Shown here in pieces: positions 4,282 through 7,037 of a stretch of 7,037 nucleotides of DNA. The stretch is from IMG/VR virus record IMGVR_UViG_3300045988_000192, positions 1-7,037 of that record; one strand, given 5' to 3'. Numbering within the stretch: position 1 is the first letter of the stretch; every line of letters begins with the position of its first letter. Made by a program: the position numbers and the translations under genes. The DNA comes from a virus. The notes beneath the pieces were generated by a model that was not told the origin of the DNA, made no database searches, and was given only the letters and a program-made list of their open reading frames with translations.

Positions 4282-5835
4282 ATGGCTTTATTCCCTCGGT
4301 GTAATAATCCTGTTCCTGTTGTTGGTCGACATGGTGTTACTCTTGTTGGCTGCCATTCGTGCATTCAATGTCGTGTTGCTGCTCAGGAATATCTTTGCAA
4401 GCTACTCGAGGTTGAAGCTTCTAAACATAAATATGTTGAATTCATCACAAACACTTATGATGATAAACACCTCCCTTATATAGATACTTCTTACCTATAT
4501 CCTTTTGGATATGCTTTGCGCATTCCTAATCGGGTAATTAAAAAATATAATCGTAGGACTAAAGAATTTTATTATGTAGAGGATAAAATTTCTAAGTCTT
4601 TTCGGCTTACCGATTTTGGGACTATTGACACAGCTTCTATGCTTCGTGATTACTATGCACGTATTGACAAATATTATAGTAGATTTCCGTTTCGGTCACG
4701 GGGCATACGTAATAATTCAGTTATCCCCATACTTTGGTATGATGATATTAGAAAATATATAGGTCGTTTAAGAAAATGGTTTTTAAAAGAATATGGTGAA
4801 AAAATACGCTACTACATTATTTGCGAGTACGGAACACAATCATTCCGTCCGCATTATCATATCCTACTATTCCACGATTCGCCTAGAGCGAGAGCGGATT
4901 TTAGGACTGTTCGGTCTTTGCCAATGTCCACAAGAGACAATCCGAGAGAAGTTTGTATTAAACTCGATTTGGCTCAATTATGGCTCTATGGTGATACGAC
5001 TACAAAGGTTACCGATGGAAATATGCAAGAATACGTGTCTAAGTATCTTACACAACATTCTGATTTCCCTCGAGTGCTTGACAAGTTTCCACAAAGGAGT
5101 TTTCACTCAATCTTATTGGGTTCAAAGAGCAAATCAGAGGTTAAAGAACTTTTTACCTCTAGAGACTTCGAAGCACTTACAACAGATTATGTTGTTAACA
5201 AAAAAGGTATCAGACGCCTTATTTCCATGTCAGATGCGTATTACTCTCAACTGTCCGTCAGATTTACAGGCTCTTCCTTTTTTGATGTTAACGCAACTTC
5301 TTCCTTATTTCGTTCGGTGGTATTCTGCGCCCGTCGATTCTTCTGCTCATCTGGAGAAATCTATGATGACGCAAGTGTAAGGGAGTTTTTGTTGTGGTTA
5401 CTTAACCCCGATACTTCTGCGTTATATAAACATATTTATCAGTTCCGTGCTGTCTATAGGTATGTAGAGGAATTTGCGAAGCTTATTTATAACAGTTCCG
5501 GTTCTGTAAACCCTTTAAAATCACTGCTTTATGCTGCACACCATCACTATTCGTTATCCTCCTGTTTAGGTTTGGATTCGTACACATGTTTAAAGTTACG
5601 TTTTGATTTCATTGCGTGGAAGGACTATCAAAATCTGGTTCAGTATTTCCAAGCTTTGGAAGATGATAAACTCTTTGCGTATGAAAATTATGCAAGTATG
5701 TCGCCTTTTACTGGTACTTATGATTTTAATATTTTAAAAACTCGCTCTATTTTTCAGTATCAAGTTCAACAGGCAAATATGTCTTATACTGAGAATATTA
5801 AACATAGGGCTATTGTAGATTCTTATAAAAATTAA
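4282..5835 (+). CDS. Replication initiation protein VP4 (phiX174 gene A-like HUH rolling-circle endonuclease), 517 aa.
   Basis: The N-terminal Cys-rich segment GCHSCIQCR resembles the conserved VP4 zinc-finger-like motif. Motif I-like EFITNTY. Motif II HUH: PHYHILLFH (nt 4847-4873). Motif III with two catalytic tyrosines EYVSKYLTQ (nt 5028-5054), compare phiX174 gpA YVAKYV. The stop TAA 5833-5835 lies 5 nt before the VP1 ATG. Confidence 0.92.
   Translation: MALFPRCNNPVPVVGRHGVTLVGCHSCIQCRVAAQEYLCKLLEVEASKHKYVEFITNTYDDKHLPYIDTSYLYPFGYALRIPNRVIKKYNRRTKEFYYVEDKISKSFRLTDFGTIDTASMLRDYYARIDKYYSRFPFRSRGIRNNSVIPILWYDDIRKYIGRLRKWFLKEYGEKIRYYIICEYGTQSFRPHYHILLFHDSPRARADFRTVRSLPMSTRDNPREVCIKLDLAQLWLYGDTTTKVTDGNMQEYVSKYLTQHSDFPRVLDKFPQRSFHSILLGSKSKSEVKELFTSRDFEALTTDYVVNKKGIRRLISMSDAYYSQLSVRFTGSSFFDVNATSSLFRSVVFCARRFFCSSGEIYDDASVREFLLWLLNPDTSALYKHIYQFRAVYRYVEEFAKLIYNSSGSVNPLKSLLYAAHHHYSLSSCLGLDSYTCLKLRFDFIAWKDYQNLVQYFQALEDDKLFAYENYASMSPFTGTYDFNILKTRSIFQYQVQQANMSYTENIKHRAIVDSYKN
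4793..5380 (+). CDS. Possible overprinted gene inside rep, in an alternative frame, 195 aa. Speculative.
   Basis: An uninterrupted 195-codon frame in AT-rich DNA, entirely within rep. Microviridae have precedent for overprinted genes (phiX174 B and K inside A; E inside D). There is no independent evidence of expression. Confidence 0.15.
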   Translation: MVKKYATTLFASTEHNHSVRIIISYYSTIRLERERILGLFGLCQCPQETIREKFVLNSIWLNYGSMVIRLQRLPMEICKNTCLSILHNILISLECLTSFHKGVFTQSYWVQRANQRLKNFLPLETSKHLQQIMLLTKKVSDALFPCQMRITLNCPSDLQALPFLMLTQLLPYFVRWYSAPVDSSAHLEKSMMTQV

Positions 5836-5840
5836 TTATT

Positions 5841-7037
5841 ATGGCTAATAAAGTTTTAGGTATGCATCGCCTTAAGAATAAGGTTAATCGCAATGCTTTT
5901 GATTTGTCTCATCGGCACATGTTTACCGCTCAAGTCGGTGAATTGCTGCCTGTATTTACTCAGTGGGTTAATCCTAATGAAACGTTTAAGATTGGATATA
6001 ACGGTAAAACTCGTACCGCTGCCCTTAACACTGATGCGTTTACTCGTATACGTGAAAATATCCAGTATTATTTCGTACCTTTTCAATCGCTTTGGAAGTA
6101 TTTTGAGCAACAGGTGAATAATATGACTAAGGGTGATGCTGGTCAGAATATTTCTAAGTTTGCAGATAGTTCGACAGAAGCTTCCAAGATTTCTACTTCT
6201 CTTCCCTATATTTCTTATGTTGATTTGGGGGATTGGCTTCATGTAATGTATCAACAATCTCTTGATGCTCTTGATGCTTATATGAAGAAGTATGAAAATC
6301 CCTCGGCTCGTTCTGCTGTAGATTTTAAAACATTTTGTGACCGTTCAAATGTATATTCGGATATTTTTGTTTGTGATGGTTACCGCCTTTGTCGTGCGGC
6401 TAAACTTCTTATGGCTTTAGGTTATGGCAATTTTTCGGTTATCATTCAGTTTGATATTTATTCTATGGCTGAACGTTTTGTTGCTGCTGGTAATCCTTGG
6501 GACGTTTCTGAATTTCAGGACTCTAGTTATGCTTTGGATTTTTCTTCATTTGAAACTCCTACTATTGTTAACAGTCCTAATTTGTCTATTTTGCCTTTAC
6601 TGGCTTATCATAAGATTTGTAATGACCATTACCGCAATGAAAAGTGGCAACCTTTCGAACCTTGGACTTGTAATATTGATTATTTGAGCCCTACGGATAA
6701 TATGAACGCAAAAACTTTTATCCAGTCTTCTACGTTTAATTCTGCTATGACTTCCTTAATTGATTTGGAGAATTCTAATTTACCTATTGATTATTTCACT
6801 TCTGTGTTGCCTCGTGCGCAATATGGTGACGAGTCTGCAGCTATGGTTGATATTCAGAGTCCTTCTAAACTGCTCTTTGATAATTCGGGTTCTACTCCTA
6901 AATCGGGTGCTCTTTTCGATGGTCCTTCTTTTGGTCCGAATGATACACTTATTAGGAGTAGCACTAATTTAACGCAGTCTGATACTGGTTACATTTCTTC
7001 TATTCAATCTACCGTTCAAAGCGAAAAACTTGCTGGT
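5841..7037 (+). CDS. Major capsid protein VP1 (phiX174 F-like), 5' portion. The gene has no stop inside the window and continues around the circular junction into 2..910.
   Basis: ATG at 5841 is the first in-frame start; the codon before the run is TAA at 5826-5828. The N-terminus MANKVLGMHRLKNKVNRNAFDLSHRHMFTAQVGELLPV is the typical Microviridae VP1 start. The frame stays open to 7037. The 6983-7037 = 1-55 identity puts the reading frame in register with the track's ORF 68..910, giving about 2052 nt (683 aa). Missing from the ORF track only because no stop falls inside the window. Confidence 0.9.
   Translation, partial: MANKVLGMHRLKNKVNRNAFDLSHRHMFTAQVGELLPVFTQWVNPNETFKIGYNGKTRTAALNTDAFTRIRENIQYYFVPFQSLWKYFEQQVNNMTKGDAGQNISKFADSSTEASKISTSLPYISYVDLGDWLHVMYQQSLDALDAYMKKYENPSARSAVDFKTFCDRSNVYSDIFVCDGYRLCRAAKLLMALGYGNFSVIIQFDIYSMAERFVAAGNPWDVSEFQDSSYALDFSSFETPTIVNSPNLSILPLLAYHKICNDHYRNEKWQPFEPWTCNIDYLSPTDNMNAKTFIQSSTFNSAMTSLIDLENSNLPIDYFTSVLPRAQYGDESAAMVDIQSPSKLLFDNSGSTPKSGALFDGPSFGPNDTLIRSSTNLTQSDTGYISSIQSTVQSEKLAG

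Noticed and set aside
5856-6257. Minus-strand ORF (133 aa) antisense to VP1. Also the plus-strand Leu-rich off-frame ORFs 5893..6117, 6424..6687, 6760..6972 and 2587..2892.
   Set aside because: Off-frame or antisense readings of T-rich codons (Leu/Ile/Phe runs) inside strongly supported genes, with no independent signal. Only the much longer rep-internal frame 4793..5380 was kept as a speculative finding.
1-7037. Integrase, recombinase, endolysin or peptidase gene.
   Set aside because: No ORF of adequate size exists on either strand outside VP1, VP2, Rep and the small ORFs. Integration, if any, must use host factors (see the dif-like palindrome), and the lysis mechanism is unassigned.

Overview
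This window is one complete circular Microviridae-like ssDNA phage genome, sampled with a 55-nt overlap. Positions 1-55 repeat exactly at 6983-7037, so the unit length is 6982 nt.

The credible genes are all on the + strand. In genome order they are:
- the major capsid protein VP1/F, starting at ATG 5841, running off the window end and continuing in frame through 2..910 (about 683 aa in total);
- a 149-aa K/E-rich ORF;
- a 485-aa Gly/Ala-rich VP2/H-like pilot protein;
- an intrinsic terminator;
- an ~0.8 kb structured non-coding region (30-bp direct repeats, a GC-rich hairpin cluster and an 86-nt imperfect palindrome);
- a 72-aa signal-peptide protein that may be a lipoprotein;
- a small ORF;
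- the HUH rolling-circle Rep, VP4 (517 aa).

No gene start is preceded by a Shine-Dalgarno sequence, and GC content is low. This fits a Bacteroidetes-type host (Alpavirinae-like), but that is inference. No integrase, endolysin or peptidase gene is recognisable.

The most interesting part is the 1.4 kb accessory segment between VP2 and Rep. It holds a long dif-like imperfect palindrome that could fold in the packaged ssDNA, iteron-like repeats, and a small secreted or lipoprotein gene.

The six-frame ORF track uses TTG/GTG starts, so the track's ORF 68..910 is the C-terminal part of VP1, not a separate gene. All minus-strand ORFs look spurious.
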